A stretch of DNA of 62,465 nt, taken from Candidatus Promineifilaceae bacterium (GTDB lineage Bacteria > Chloroflexota > Anaerolineae > Promineifilales > Promineifilaceae). Position 1 is the first letter of the stretch, and every line of letters begins with the position of its first letter. Location: the NCBI GenBank assembly GCA_041745395.1, contig JBGTIZ010000183.1, positions 1 through 62,465 of the forward strand. Reading direction: 5' to 3'. Below the pieces are notes generated by a model. The model was not told where the DNA came from. It saw only the letters and a program-made list of their open reading frames with translations, and did no database searches. Position numbers and translations under genes: made by a program. Positions 53,901 through 62,406 of the stretch are shown piece after piece.

Positions 53901-56245
53901 GTACTGGTTCAGTGGATGTGACGGATCTGATAGCTGGTGAGGAAATCACCGACCTGACCGTCGAATACGGTGGTCTTTTTGCCGCACAGATGGTGGAAGA
54001 AGAATTAAACCAAGACCCTACCCGCAATGATCCCTATAACAACTTGGCGGAAGTCTTCTATATGACCGTCACTGTCCCTGCGGATACGGTGCGTTTGATA
54101 GCGGAAATTCTCGAGTCTGAAGCACCAGACCTTGACCTGTTTGTCGGTACGGGTGATACGCCTAGTGCCGCAACGGAAGAATGTTTTGGTGCGACCGCTT
54201 CTTGGAATGAGTATTGTGCCATTGAGAATCCTGCCCCCGGGACATGGTGGATCTTGGTACAAAATTGGGGTGGTTCAGCTAACCAACCCGACGCCTTTAC
54301 TTTGGCTGGGGCAGTTGTGACGGATATGGACGCGGGCAACATGACGGTTGATGGCCCCGCCACAGTCGCTCCTGGCACGCCCTTCGACCTAACCGTCAAC
54401 TGGGATGAACCAGCTTTGATGGTTGGCGAAAAGTGGTATGGTTTCTTCACCCTTGGTACGGATGCTGGCAACCCCGGCAATCTCGGTACTGTATGGGTAG
54501 ATTTGCTGTACACTGGAGCGGCCACCGCAAGTGTAGACCCCACTGTTACCAACTCCCAGACCGTAGGTATGGTGATGACCGGTACACTGCACATTACCAA
54601 CACGGGTGATGTGCCGTTGACGTGGAACATTTCGGAAGAGGCCCCTGCCCCGGCAATGGCGGTTGCGCCAGCTAGCGCACCTGCTTTTGTGCCCGATATG
54701 GCTCGCTTGACTGGCCTGACGGCGGAAGCAAACGTGCCCGCTGTAGCGACAGCCCCCCGCACCATAAACAGTACGGTGTTGTGGGAGCAGGTTGTCAATG
54801 GCACAAGTGGTATCGTGTCTGACTTCTTCATTGGTAGCAATGCTGGGGCTTACAGCGCTAGCGACTTTGTGTTTGACAACCCCGCTACCATTGAGTACAT
54901 CTACACACCAGGGTTTGACAACACGAATTCACTGGCGGCACAGCCAGCCATTAACTGGGCCATTTACGCGGATGCTGGTGGTGTACCTGCTGGCAACCCT
55001 GAAGATGGCACAGGCATGGCTAGCGCGTTATGGGCCTACACCGCCCCTATGACTGGTACTGGGGTCATTCTTGATGGCAGTGAGATATCGCTAGACCTCG
55101 TAGCGGCTGGCGAACTGCTGAATCTGCCTCCGGGCACCTACTGGCTCACTGTTTACCCAGACTATAATGTCACTGGTGCGGGTGGTGCGCGCTGGAACTG
55201 GTATCAGGCGGCGCAAGTTGGCGCAGAGACACAGCTTATCTCCCCCGGAATTTTTGGGGTTAATAGCTGGACGTCGCTTAGCGCACTGGGCGTGACTTTT
55301 TCAGATACCGCTTTCCGCCTAGAAGGGACACCCGGAGCAATCTGTGACCCTGGCGACATCTCTTGGCTGAACTTACCTGTAACCAGCGGTACGCTGGCCG
55401 CAGGTGAGAGTGCGATGGTGGATGTGGTCTTTGACTCTACAGGTCTGGCGAATGGCATGTACAGTGGTCAACTCTGTGTAGCGACCAATGACCCAGTGAA
55501 TCCGACCACTTTTGTGGATGTTGAGTTGGAAGTTCTTGACGCGACTTATGGGGTTGGACTCCATGCGGCGACTATGGCGATTACCGACACTGTGGGTTCG
55601 ACCGTGACCTACACCGTCCACATTACCAACACGGGCAACATGATTGACACCTTCGACCTAGACGCAACGGGTACGTGGACAACCACCGCCCCCGCCACGA
55701 TAGAGTTGGGTGCGGGTGAAATGGGCATGTTCTACGTCACCGTCGAAATCCCCGCCGATGCGGATGATGGCGACAGCGACATGGCTACCGTCACCGCTAC
55801 CTCGCAAGGGGACAACACGGAAAGTAACAGCGTCATGCTGACGACTACGGCCGAAGTGCCTGTAGCACCTCCGACTTATGGAGTCGAACTCCATGCGGTG
55901 GTGATGGCGATTACCGACACTGTGGGTTCGACTGTTACTTACACGGTTCATGTCACCAACACGGGTAACTTCACTGATACCTTTGACATGAGCTTGGCTG
56001 GTAATGATTGGACCACCACGGCTCCGATGAGCGTGATGCTCGGCGCGGGTGAAACGGCGATGGCTTATGTCACCGTGGAGATCCCGGCTGATGCGGCTGA
56101 TGGTGACAGTGACATGGTGACTATCACCGCTACCTCGCAAGGGGATGATAGCGTGATGGCTAGCGTGATGCTGACCACTACGGCTTCTGAAGTACCAGGG
56201 CCAACTGAGTACACCAGCTACTTGCCGATTGTTGTTCGTCCGTAA
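50954..56245 (+). CDS. Giant secreted S8 (subtilisin-family) serine protease with PA insert, MAM/choice-of-anchor-J-like domain, two CARDB/NEW3-like Ig modules and a YLPIVVRP tail
   Basis: SD AAGAAGGAG. Signal peptide ...FGLVVAVSTSVSFAQQ, then an I9-like propeptide. Catalytic residues: D (VVGIIDTGIN), H (YNGHGSHVGGTAAG), S (SGTSMASPHVAGAAALL). The ~105-aa module TVTYTVH.TNTGN..DTFD...WTTTAP...AGE...YVTVEIPADA.DGDSDM.T.TATSQGD occurs twice. The protein ends PGPTEYTSYLPIVVRP. Confidence 0.9.
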   Translation: MRKPNRAKSASYFSVFMAMLAVFGLVVAVSTSVSFAQQADAEKLVSTDANNEAAIYLVRLQDPPLALYRGGINGIAPTSPVVNNTRGLDLNSQAVQAYSDHLATQRANFVTEAQTLLGRNLDVVYEYAVANNGMAVWLTPTEAAQVAKIEGVIFIKQDEEKELHTDNGPEWIGAPVVWDGSSVPSGMGTFGEGTVVGIIDTGINYSNPSFAEVGPIDGYVHTNPLGSGNFIGNCAPSGGYESYCNDKLIGVRGYATVNGGDPVDYNGHGSHVGGTAAGNFVTATVSAPTTTITRTISGVAPHANLIAYSACCTESALTAAIEDIVLDYATLLAADSSVRMSVNYSIGSPGATPDMWNDFDTAGYLAARDAGIFVATSAGNNGPGASTVGSPADAPWLTSVGNSTHNRVWSNNLIDMSGGDTAAPANISGKGLTSGYGSADIVYAGDFPSGSTSTPQLCGVGTIGSFISPWPAGTFNGEIVVCDRGTYGRVEMGANVLAAGAGGYVLANHAAAGNALVGDAHELPGVHITYADGVVLKAWLASGTGHMATITGSTINEDPSNGDIMSSSSSRGPNRALPDIISPNVTAPGTDILAPYGVNNAIAWDMISGTSMASPHVAGAAALLMATYPDWTPAQVQSALMLTAWQDMLKEDGATPADPFDMGSGRIDLNVAALTGLVMDETTANYENANPAIGGDPKTLNLPSMGNASCVGQCSWTRSFQSVLSTPATYTITFDVPVSMTMTASPAVFTINPGATQVVEFTANVSDLPVNVHAFGTVVLETDASHSLPLPPGVDFVELGEAYDRADAWTQKTHDISAYANQEVCFAFRHEGSDSHSWRIDDILVTSDSGTHLDESFDDTTFPPTGWAYYQLGNNPQRSWVRSVTTPNTAPAAAFYNWNNASNHDDGWLVTPPLTLGDNPELTYFDRVGFLSFYTYSGVWISTGSCDPSPIPGVEAVDNHLPVMVVPTAAILPSAVSIETMFRTGSVDVTDLIAGEEITDLTVEYGGLFAAQMVEEELNQDPTRNDPYNNLAEVFYMTVTVPADTVRLIAEILESEAPDLDLFVGTGDTPSAATEECFGATASWNEYCAIENPAPGTWWILVQNWGGSANQPDAFTLAGAVVTDMDAGNMTVDGPATVAPGTPFDLTVNWDEPALMVGEKWYGFFTLGTDAGNPGNLGTVWVDLLYTGAATASVDPTVTNSQTVGMVMTGTLHITNTGDVPLTWNISEEAPAPAMAVAPASAPAFVPDMARLTGLTAEANVPAVATAPRTINSTVLWEQVVNGTSGIVSDFFIGSNAGAYSASDFVFDNPATIEYIYTPGFDNTNSLAAQPAINWAIYADAGGVPAGNPEDGTGMASALWAYTAPMTGTGVILDGSEISLDLVAAGELLNLPPGTYWLTVYPDYNVTGAGGARWNWYQAAQVGAETQLISPGIFGVNSWTSLSALGVTFSDTAFRLEGTPGAICDPGDISWLNLPVTSGTLAAGESAMVDVVFDSTGLANGMYSGQLCVATNDPVNPTTFVDVELEVLDATYGVGLHAATMAITDTVGSTVTYTVHITNTGNMIDTFDLDATGTWTTTAPATIELGAGEMGMFYVTVEIPADADDGDSDMATVTATSQGDNTESNSVMLTTTAEVPVAPPTYGVELHAVVMAITDTVGSTVTYTVHVTNTGNFTDTFDMSLAGNDWTTTAPMSVMLGAGETAMAYVTVEIPADAADGDSDMVTITATSQGDDSVMASVMLTTTASEVPGPTEYTSYLPIVVRP

Positions 56246-56292
56246 GGATTGAACAGCATCAGCCCGTAGTGGCTCTACAGAAATAACCCCGA

Positions 56293-56326
56293 GGGGGTGG
56301 TTCGTTACGAACCACCCCCTTTTTTT
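56293..56326 (+). terminator. Rho-independent terminator of protease gene 1
   Basis: GGGGGTGGTTCG (56293-56304), loop TTA, CGAACCACCCCC (56308-56319), then TTTTTTT (56320-56326). Confidence 0.85.
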
Positions 56327-56659
56327 ATTCGTGCAATTAGCATGAATTTTTGTTAATACTTTGTTATACTCCCCCTTCTTTAGAGATTTTCTTGGGTATC
56401 AATTTTAGGGAGAGGGACAGCCTACATCTCTCTGTTCTGTCAACATAGCTTGCAACGATGCCCTTAACCGTTACCTTTCCTAAGGAGGTGCTTTAGCTCA
56501 TTTTTGTAACCCCACTGACGCTTCCCCCATTGGTTAATGTGTGATTGAAACACGTTAACTACCTTAAATTCGCTCTTGCTTGTCAATACACTCTAGCTTT
56601 ACCCAGCCCAGCTTTCTTGACAAGCAAATAATCGTTCGTTCAGACAAGGATTACACCCA

Positions 56660-59600
56660 ATGAAACGTTATGTATCTAATCAAACTGGTTTTGTCAGCTT
56701 TCTGCTGGCTAGCTTGCTAATGGTTGTCGCTTTGAGCCTGTGGGCTTCGGCGGCAGTAGCTGATGAACCGAAACTGGAAGAATACACGGCCGTGGTAGAG
56801 CCAGCTCTCTTGGCCGAAATAGAAGCCAACGGCAAAGCCAGTTATCTTGTTTATCTTAAAGAAACAGCCGACCTCTCCCCCGCCGTCAACATGGATTGGG
56901 AAGCGCAGGGTTGGTTTGTTTACAACACCCTCCGCGAAGTCGCTCAGCGTTCACAAGCGGACATCGTTTCACTCCTCAAAAATGATGATGTCGAATATAA
57001 AACATTCTTCATTGCCAACGCCATTCAGGTTACTTCTGGCGTAGAAACCTTAAACTCCCTTGCCGCACACCCCAGCGTGGCTTCCATCGAAGCCTCTAAA
57101 ACCTACGCTGTGCCTGAGCCAGAGCGTATTTCTCCCAATAGCCCTCTAGCCATAGAGTGGGGTGTTTCTATCATTCGTGCAGACGAAGTGTGGAACGATT
57201 TGGGCGTTTTCGGGGCTGGCATCGTGGTGGCCTCCATTGATACCGGTGTGCAATATGACCACCCCGCCCTGCAAGGCAAATACCGGGGTACACACACGGG
57301 TAGCCATGACTTCAACTTCTTTGATCCATCCAATACCTGTGGTGGCGTAGTCTGTGACAACAATAACCACGGCACGCACGTCACCGGAAGCATGCTAGGT
57401 GACGATGGCGGCGCGAACCAGATTGGTGTTGCCCCCGAGGCTATCTGGATTGCCGCCAAAGGGTGCGAAGCTAATTCCTGTAGTGATGCTTCTCTGCTTA
57501 GCTCTGCTGAGTGGATGCTGGCTCCCTGCGGTTTTGGTGATGTGCCCGGTGACCCCAGTTGTAATCCCAATATGCGTCCCCATGTCCTAAACAACTCTTG
57601 GGGCGGTGGCGGTGGCAATAGCTGGTATCAGGCGTCAGTTGATGCTTGGCGTGCGGTTAGCATTATTCCCGTCTTTTCCGCAGGCAATAGTGGCCCCGGC
57701 ACGGGCACAATTGGCTCTCCAAGTGACTACTGCAATGTGATGAGCATTGGTGGTACAAACATCAGTGATGGTATGTACCCTTCTAGTAGCCGTGGGCCTG
57801 GCGCTTTCGCTGGCTGTACCGATAAGCCTGATATTAGTGCCCCCGGTCAAGGTGTGCGCTCTTCGGTAGCTGGCAGTGGCTACGCTACGTTTAGCGGTAC
57901 TTCGATGGCCTCTCCGCATGTTTCTGGCTGTATTGCGTTGATGATGTCAGTTGCCCCCAATCTTGACTATGACCAAATTTACACGATTCTGACCACCACG
58001 GCCGAAGACCTTGGTGCGCCCGGATTTGATTACAATTACGGTAATGGTCGCATAGATTGTTATGAAGCGGTCTTGGAAGCGCAGATTTTAGCTGGGCCGA
58101 CAGGCACCATTGAAGGAACCGTGACGGCTGATGGCAGTGGTGATCCACTGGCTGGCGTGAGCGTCGTAGCGACCCTGAATGTGACCACGACCAAGAACGC
58201 GACGACCAATGGTGCGGGTGAATACACCATGACCTTCTCCCCTGAAGGCACCTACACCATGACGGCTTCTGTGTTTGGGTATTTGCCGCAAACGATCTCT
58301 GGGGTACAGGTTATTTCTGGCTCTGTTACCACCCGAGATTTTGTTTTGGAGCAGGCACCTAGCCACACGGTGAGTGGTGTCGTAACGGATGCAACCACAG
58401 GCTGGCCGCTTTATGCCTCCATCGAAATTGGTGGAGCCGATATAGACCCCATTTGGACAGACCCCGTAAATGGTAGCTACAGCATCTTGTTACCAGAAGG
58501 TATGACGTATACCTTCGCCGTTAACGCTTGGGTGGCTGGGTATGAAACCGCTATGCGCGAAGTCGGCCCGCTGACGAGCGACCAGACCGAAGATTTTGGA
58601 CTTGACGTAGACGCAGTTGCCTGTATCGCTCCAGGTTATGTTGTTTCTGGCGGTTTTCTCGAAAACTTCAACAGTGGTGCATTGCCAGCAGGCTGGGCGG
58701 TGATAGATAACCTTGGTGGTGGGCACGATTGGCGTTTTAATAACCCTGGTAATCGTGCCAACCTGACTGGTGGTACAGACGGCTTCGCCATTGTGGATAG
58801 TGACTTCTACGGCTCGGGCAACAGCCAAGATACAGAGCTATGGACACCCTCCTTGGATATGTCTGGCCAAGCCAGCGTGACGCTGGAATTCAAGTATGAT
58901 TTCCGCTGGTGGTCCGGCGGTGGTGACGAAGTTGCCAATGTGGATGTCAGCATCGATGGTGGCACCATTTGGACGAATGTTTGGACTCGCTCTGGCGCGA
59001 GTGACCGTGGTCCAAAAACGGCCGTGGTCGATATTTCCGCCATTGCCGCTAATGAGGCGGATGTTATCGTCCGTTTCCACTATTTTGATGCTACCTTTGA
59101 TTATTGGTGGCAAGTTGATGATGTCAAAATCGGTAACATCATTTGTACACCAGAAGCTGGGGGCTTGCTGGTCGGTCAGGTGTATGATGGCAACACGGCC
59201 GCGACCTTAACCGGCGCGATGGTTAATGGTGAGGAAGACAGCACGACCACGGCCGAGACACCCAATGACTCGAACGTGGATGATAGCTTCTACACCCTCT
59301 TTGTGCCCGCAGGAAGCAGTGTCGTTACAGCCAGCATGTCTGGTGGGTACGTTGACCAAGTAGAAACGGTTAACATCACCGATGGCACAACAACGGCGCA
59401 AGACTTCTATTTGGATGCGGGCTGGCTGATGGCTAACCCGACCGAGATAGAGCTTACTTTAGAGTTTGGCGACAGCGCGACTGTGCCCTTGACGCTGACC
59501 AACAGTGGCAATGTGCCCGCTAGCTACGCGCTAATGGTTGGAGCCGCCAGCGAAGATTTTGAGACGGCCTTCCCGCCAGCAGACTGGACGGTTGTTAACA

Positions 59601-62212
59601 ATGGTGGCACATGCGTGTGGCAACGCAACGATGCGTGGCCGAATGAGAACTATGCGGGTGGGGATGGCTTCTCCGCCGCCGCTGATTCTGACGCATGTGG
59701 TCAGGGCACGACAATGAACACAGAGTTGCATAGCCCAGCTCTGGATTTATCAGCGGCCTCTGTGGCCAGTCTGGAGTTCGTGGCTTCCTATTTCCACCTG
59801 GGTAGTAGCTCCTTCCGTGTCCACGTGAGCGATGATGGGGGTAGCAGTTGGGACACCCTGCTGACTTGGACGGCTAGCTCTTCAGCGCAAGGGCCGGGTA
59901 CACTCGTCTCCCTTGACCTGACGCCTTATGTGGGTTCTAGTGAGGTCATCGTTAGCTTCCATTACCAAGCTGGCTGGGATTGGTGGGTCCAAGTAGACCA
60001 AGTGCGCGTGTTGGCTGATGTCGGCCCGTGGCTGGCGTTAAACCCCAGCAATGGGAATATTGGCGACAACAGTGATGTGATGGTCGATGTTGACGTGACC
60101 ACCAGCAATTTGCCCTCGCCGGGAATTTACACGGCCGTGATTGCCGTCACTGAAGATACCCCCTACATGGTTCCCAGCATCCCCGTCACCTTAACCGTGA
60201 CCGCTTCCCCCGACTTGGCCTTCCTCGAAGGGACAGTCCACAGCACCGGTTACTGTGATGTGAATTCATTCCCCGCCGCCGGCGCGGAAGTGGTTGTTAG
60301 CAGTGGCATGGACAGTTGGACAACCTATGCTGATGGTAACGGCTATTACTCACTCTATATCAACGACAGCTACAGCCCAGTTGATATTGACGTGACCGCT
60401 CCTAACCATGAAGCGGGCAGTGCCACAGGCGTGGTCTTGGTTGGTCAACAAACCACTACCCAAGATTTCGATTTACGCTTGTTGGAACCCTGCGTTGACG
60501 TTGCCTCCGAAGAGTTCGATGTTACGCTGACGGCTGATACAGTCGCCACCTATACGTTGACCATCAATAACCATGGTGGTGCGGCCTTGAACTGGACGGT
60601 TGACGAAGCCGAAGGCACTGCGGCTGGCTTGAGTGCGGCCTCCGCGCCCGTGGTGGACACGGTGTCAATCCCCAATAATGCGGGTAATGCCGTTGATTTG
60701 GTCGGTTTACTTGGCGAGGCGTTGACCTTTAACACAGATTCCACGGCCGTGACCGGTATGGTGGTTGATTGTAATGCGGAGCCAGGCATTTTGATTACGG
60801 ATGATGGCTCGGTTGAGAATGGCTATAGTGGCAACCCAGCTACAATCAGTCAGGTTATCTTTGTAGACCGGTTCACGCCAGACAGCTACCCCGCTTCGTT
60901 TAGCGCAGTGTGTGTGGCTTTTGTTAGCCTTGGACCCAGCAGTGTGAACTTTAGCATTGTGCTGTATGCGGCGGATGGCCCCAGTGGCCAACCCGGTACC
61001 TTGTTAGGCTCTCTGCCCGCCACGGCTACCGGCTTACCCGGTGGTACTGGTGCGCCAGTTTGGCACAGCTATGACATCTCCAGCTTGGGTGTTTCCGTGG
61101 CCTCTGGGGATGTTTATATTGGGGTAACGTATGCGCCATCTAACCCGAACGTCTTCATCGCTTCGGATGAGTCTACGGGTAACCCTGTGGGCTTTGGCGG
61201 TGGCTATTGGTGGAATAACAGTGCCGCAGCTTGGGCGACGGTGCAGTCTACTTATCCTGCGTATCGCTCCTTGATGGTTCGTCCAGTCCAGGCTCTGGGC
61301 GGTTGTAACGTGCCCACCGATTTGCCGTGGTTGAGCGTCATGCCAGAGATGGGGACAACGGCCGCTGATAGTAGCGACCAAGTATCCGTCACCTTTGATA
61401 CCACGGGGCTGATGCTGGGAAGCACCTACACAGGTACATTGTGTATCAACAGCGATGACCCCATGAATCCACAGGTGACCGTGCCCGTTACTTTGACGAT
61501 TGAAGCTCCTGAGCCGGCTATCACGCTTGATGTGACGGTGGGTACGGAAGCTGGCATGTGCGGTACGGATAGCGCCATTACCGTGGTAGAAGGCACCGTG
61601 GTGTACTACTGCTACACCGTCGAAAACACGGGTAATGTGACGTTGCCCACACATGTCATCACTGACACGGTTTGGGGTCATATCGATACATTCGTGTATG
61701 ATCTGCATCCTGGTATGAGTGAATCAGTCGTCTATAGCCAAACGATGGCGACGTCGGTTGACTCCGTGGCAACGTGGGAGGCTTCCCATGCTGGCCTTGG
61801 TGTCTCCGCAATGGCGACAGATGATGTCGCGGTCATGGTGGTAACGCCGGGTGTGGTGGTAGACACGGCCGTGGACGCGCAAAGCGGCCTGGCTGGTTCT
61901 ACGGTCACCTACACGGTTCACATTACCAACACAGGCGACCTGACCGACACCTTCGACATTGCCCTGAGCAACGAGACGTGGGACACCACAGCCCCAGCTA
62001 GCGTTACGCTGGCGGCGGGTGAACACGCCATGTTTGATGTCGTGGTGACGATTGCGGCGGATGCGCAAGCGGATGACAGCGATAGTGTGCTAGTCACGGC
62101 AACCTCGCAAATGGATGACACGGTGATGGGTGGGGTAACGTTGACCACCACGGCCGTGGAACCCGAACCAACCGAATACACCAGCTACTTGCCGATTGTT
62201 GTTCGTCCGTAA
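56660..62212 (+). CDS. Giant secreted S8 serine protease, paralogue (CarboxypepD_reg-like domains, MAM/choice-of-anchor-J-like domains, one CARDB/NEW3-like module, identical YLPIVVRP tail)
   Basis: Signal peptide MKRYVSNQTGFVSFLLASLLMVVALSLWASAAVA. Catalytic residues: D (VVASIDTGVQ), H (NNHGTHVTGSM), S (SGTSMASPHVSGCIALM). GTIEGTVTADGSGDPLAGVSVVA is the regulatory-like beta sandwich. GWAVIDNLGGGHDWRF and DWTVVNNGGTCVWQRN mark the MAM-like domains. The protein ends EPEPTEYTSYLPIVVRP. Confidence 0.9.
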   Translation: MKRYVSNQTGFVSFLLASLLMVVALSLWASAAVADEPKLEEYTAVVEPALLAEIEANGKASYLVYLKETADLSPAVNMDWEAQGWFVYNTLREVAQRSQADIVSLLKNDDVEYKTFFIANAIQVTSGVETLNSLAAHPSVASIEASKTYAVPEPERISPNSPLAIEWGVSIIRADEVWNDLGVFGAGIVVASIDTGVQYDHPALQGKYRGTHTGSHDFNFFDPSNTCGGVVCDNNNHGTHVTGSMLGDDGGANQIGVAPEAIWIAAKGCEANSCSDASLLSSAEWMLAPCGFGDVPGDPSCNPNMRPHVLNNSWGGGGGNSWYQASVDAWRAVSIIPVFSAGNSGPGTGTIGSPSDYCNVMSIGGTNISDGMYPSSSRGPGAFAGCTDKPDISAPGQGVRSSVAGSGYATFSGTSMASPHVSGCIALMMSVAPNLDYDQIYTILTTTAEDLGAPGFDYNYGNGRIDCYEAVLEAQILAGPTGTIEGTVTADGSGDPLAGVSVVATLNVTTTKNATTNGAGEYTMTFSPEGTYTMTASVFGYLPQTISGVQVISGSVTTRDFVLEQAPSHTVSGVVTDATTGWPLYASIEIGGADIDPIWTDPVNGSYSILLPEGMTYTFAVNAWVAGYETAMREVGPLTSDQTEDFGLDVDAVACIAPGYVVSGGFLENFNSGALPAGWAVIDNLGGGHDWRFNNPGNRANLTGGTDGFAIVDSDFYGSGNSQDTELWTPSLDMSGQASVTLEFKYDFRWWSGGGDEVANVDVSIDGGTIWTNVWTRSGASDRGPKTAVVDISAIAANEADVIVRFHYFDATFDYWWQVDDVKIGNIICTPEAGGLLVGQVYDGNTAATLTGAMVNGEEDSTTTAETPNDSNVDDSFYTLFVPAGSSVVTASMSGGYVDQVETVNITDGTTTAQDFYLDAGWLMANPTEIELTLEFGDSATVPLTLTNSGNVPASYALMVGAASEDFETAFPPADWTVVNNGGTCVWQRNDAWPNENYAGGDGFSAAADSDACGQGTTMNTELHSPALDLSAASVASLEFVASYFHLGSSSFRVHVSDDGGSSWDTLLTWTASSSAQGPGTLVSLDLTPYVGSSEVIVSFHYQAGWDWWVQVDQVRVLADVGPWLALNPSNGNIGDNSDVMVDVDVTTSNLPSPGIYTAVIAVTEDTPYMVPSIPVTLTVTASPDLAFLEGTVHSTGYCDVNSFPAAGAEVVVSSGMDSWTTYADGNGYYSLYINDSYSPVDIDVTAPNHEAGSATGVVLVGQQTTTQDFDLRLLEPCVDVASEEFDVTLTADTVATYTLTINNHGGAALNWTVDEAEGTAAGLSAASAPVVDTVSIPNNAGNAVDLVGLLGEALTFNTDSTAVTGMVVDCNAEPGILITDDGSVENGYSGNPATISQVIFVDRFTPDSYPASFSAVCVAFVSLGPSSVNFSIVLYAADGPSGQPGTLLGSLPATATGLPGGTGAPVWHSYDISSLGVSVASGDVYIGVTYAPSNPNVFIASDESTGNPVGFGGGYWWNNSAAAWATVQSTYPAYRSLMVRPVQALGGCNVPTDLPWLSVMPEMGTTAADSSDQVSVTFDTTGLMLGSTYTGTLCINSDDPMNPQVTVPVTLTIEAPEPAITLDVTVGTEAGMCGTDSAITVVEGTVVYYCYTVENTGNVTLPTHVITDTVWGHIDTFVYDLHPGMSESVVYSQTMATSVDSVATWEASHAGLGVSAMATDDVAVMVVTPGVVVDTAVDAQSGLAGSTVTYTVHITNTGDLTDTFDIALSNETWDTTAPASVTLAAGEHAMFDVVVTIAADAQADDSDSVLVTATSQMDDTVMGGVTLTTTAVEPEPTEYTSYLPIVVRP

Positions 62213-62259
62213 GGATTAAACAACATCAGCCCGTAGTGGCTCTACAGAAGTAACCTTGA

Positions 62260-62293
62260 GGAGGTGGTTCGTTACGAACCACCTCCTTTTTTT
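62260..62293 (+). terminator. Rho-independent terminator of protease gene 2
   Basis: GGAGGTGGTTCG (62260-62271), loop TTA, CGAACCACCTCC (62275-62286), then TTTTTTT (62287-62293). It differs from the gene-1 copy by a compensatory pair (G-C to A-T). Confidence 0.85.
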
Positions 62294-62406
62294 GTGCATG
62301 AAATTAGCATGAAAAATTATGACTAGTAGTGTCTTGTCATGCTTAATTTGATAATAATCTCTTTGCCGTGTATTCTTCTCGCCAAACAATCAAAAGGAGA
62401 AAAAAC

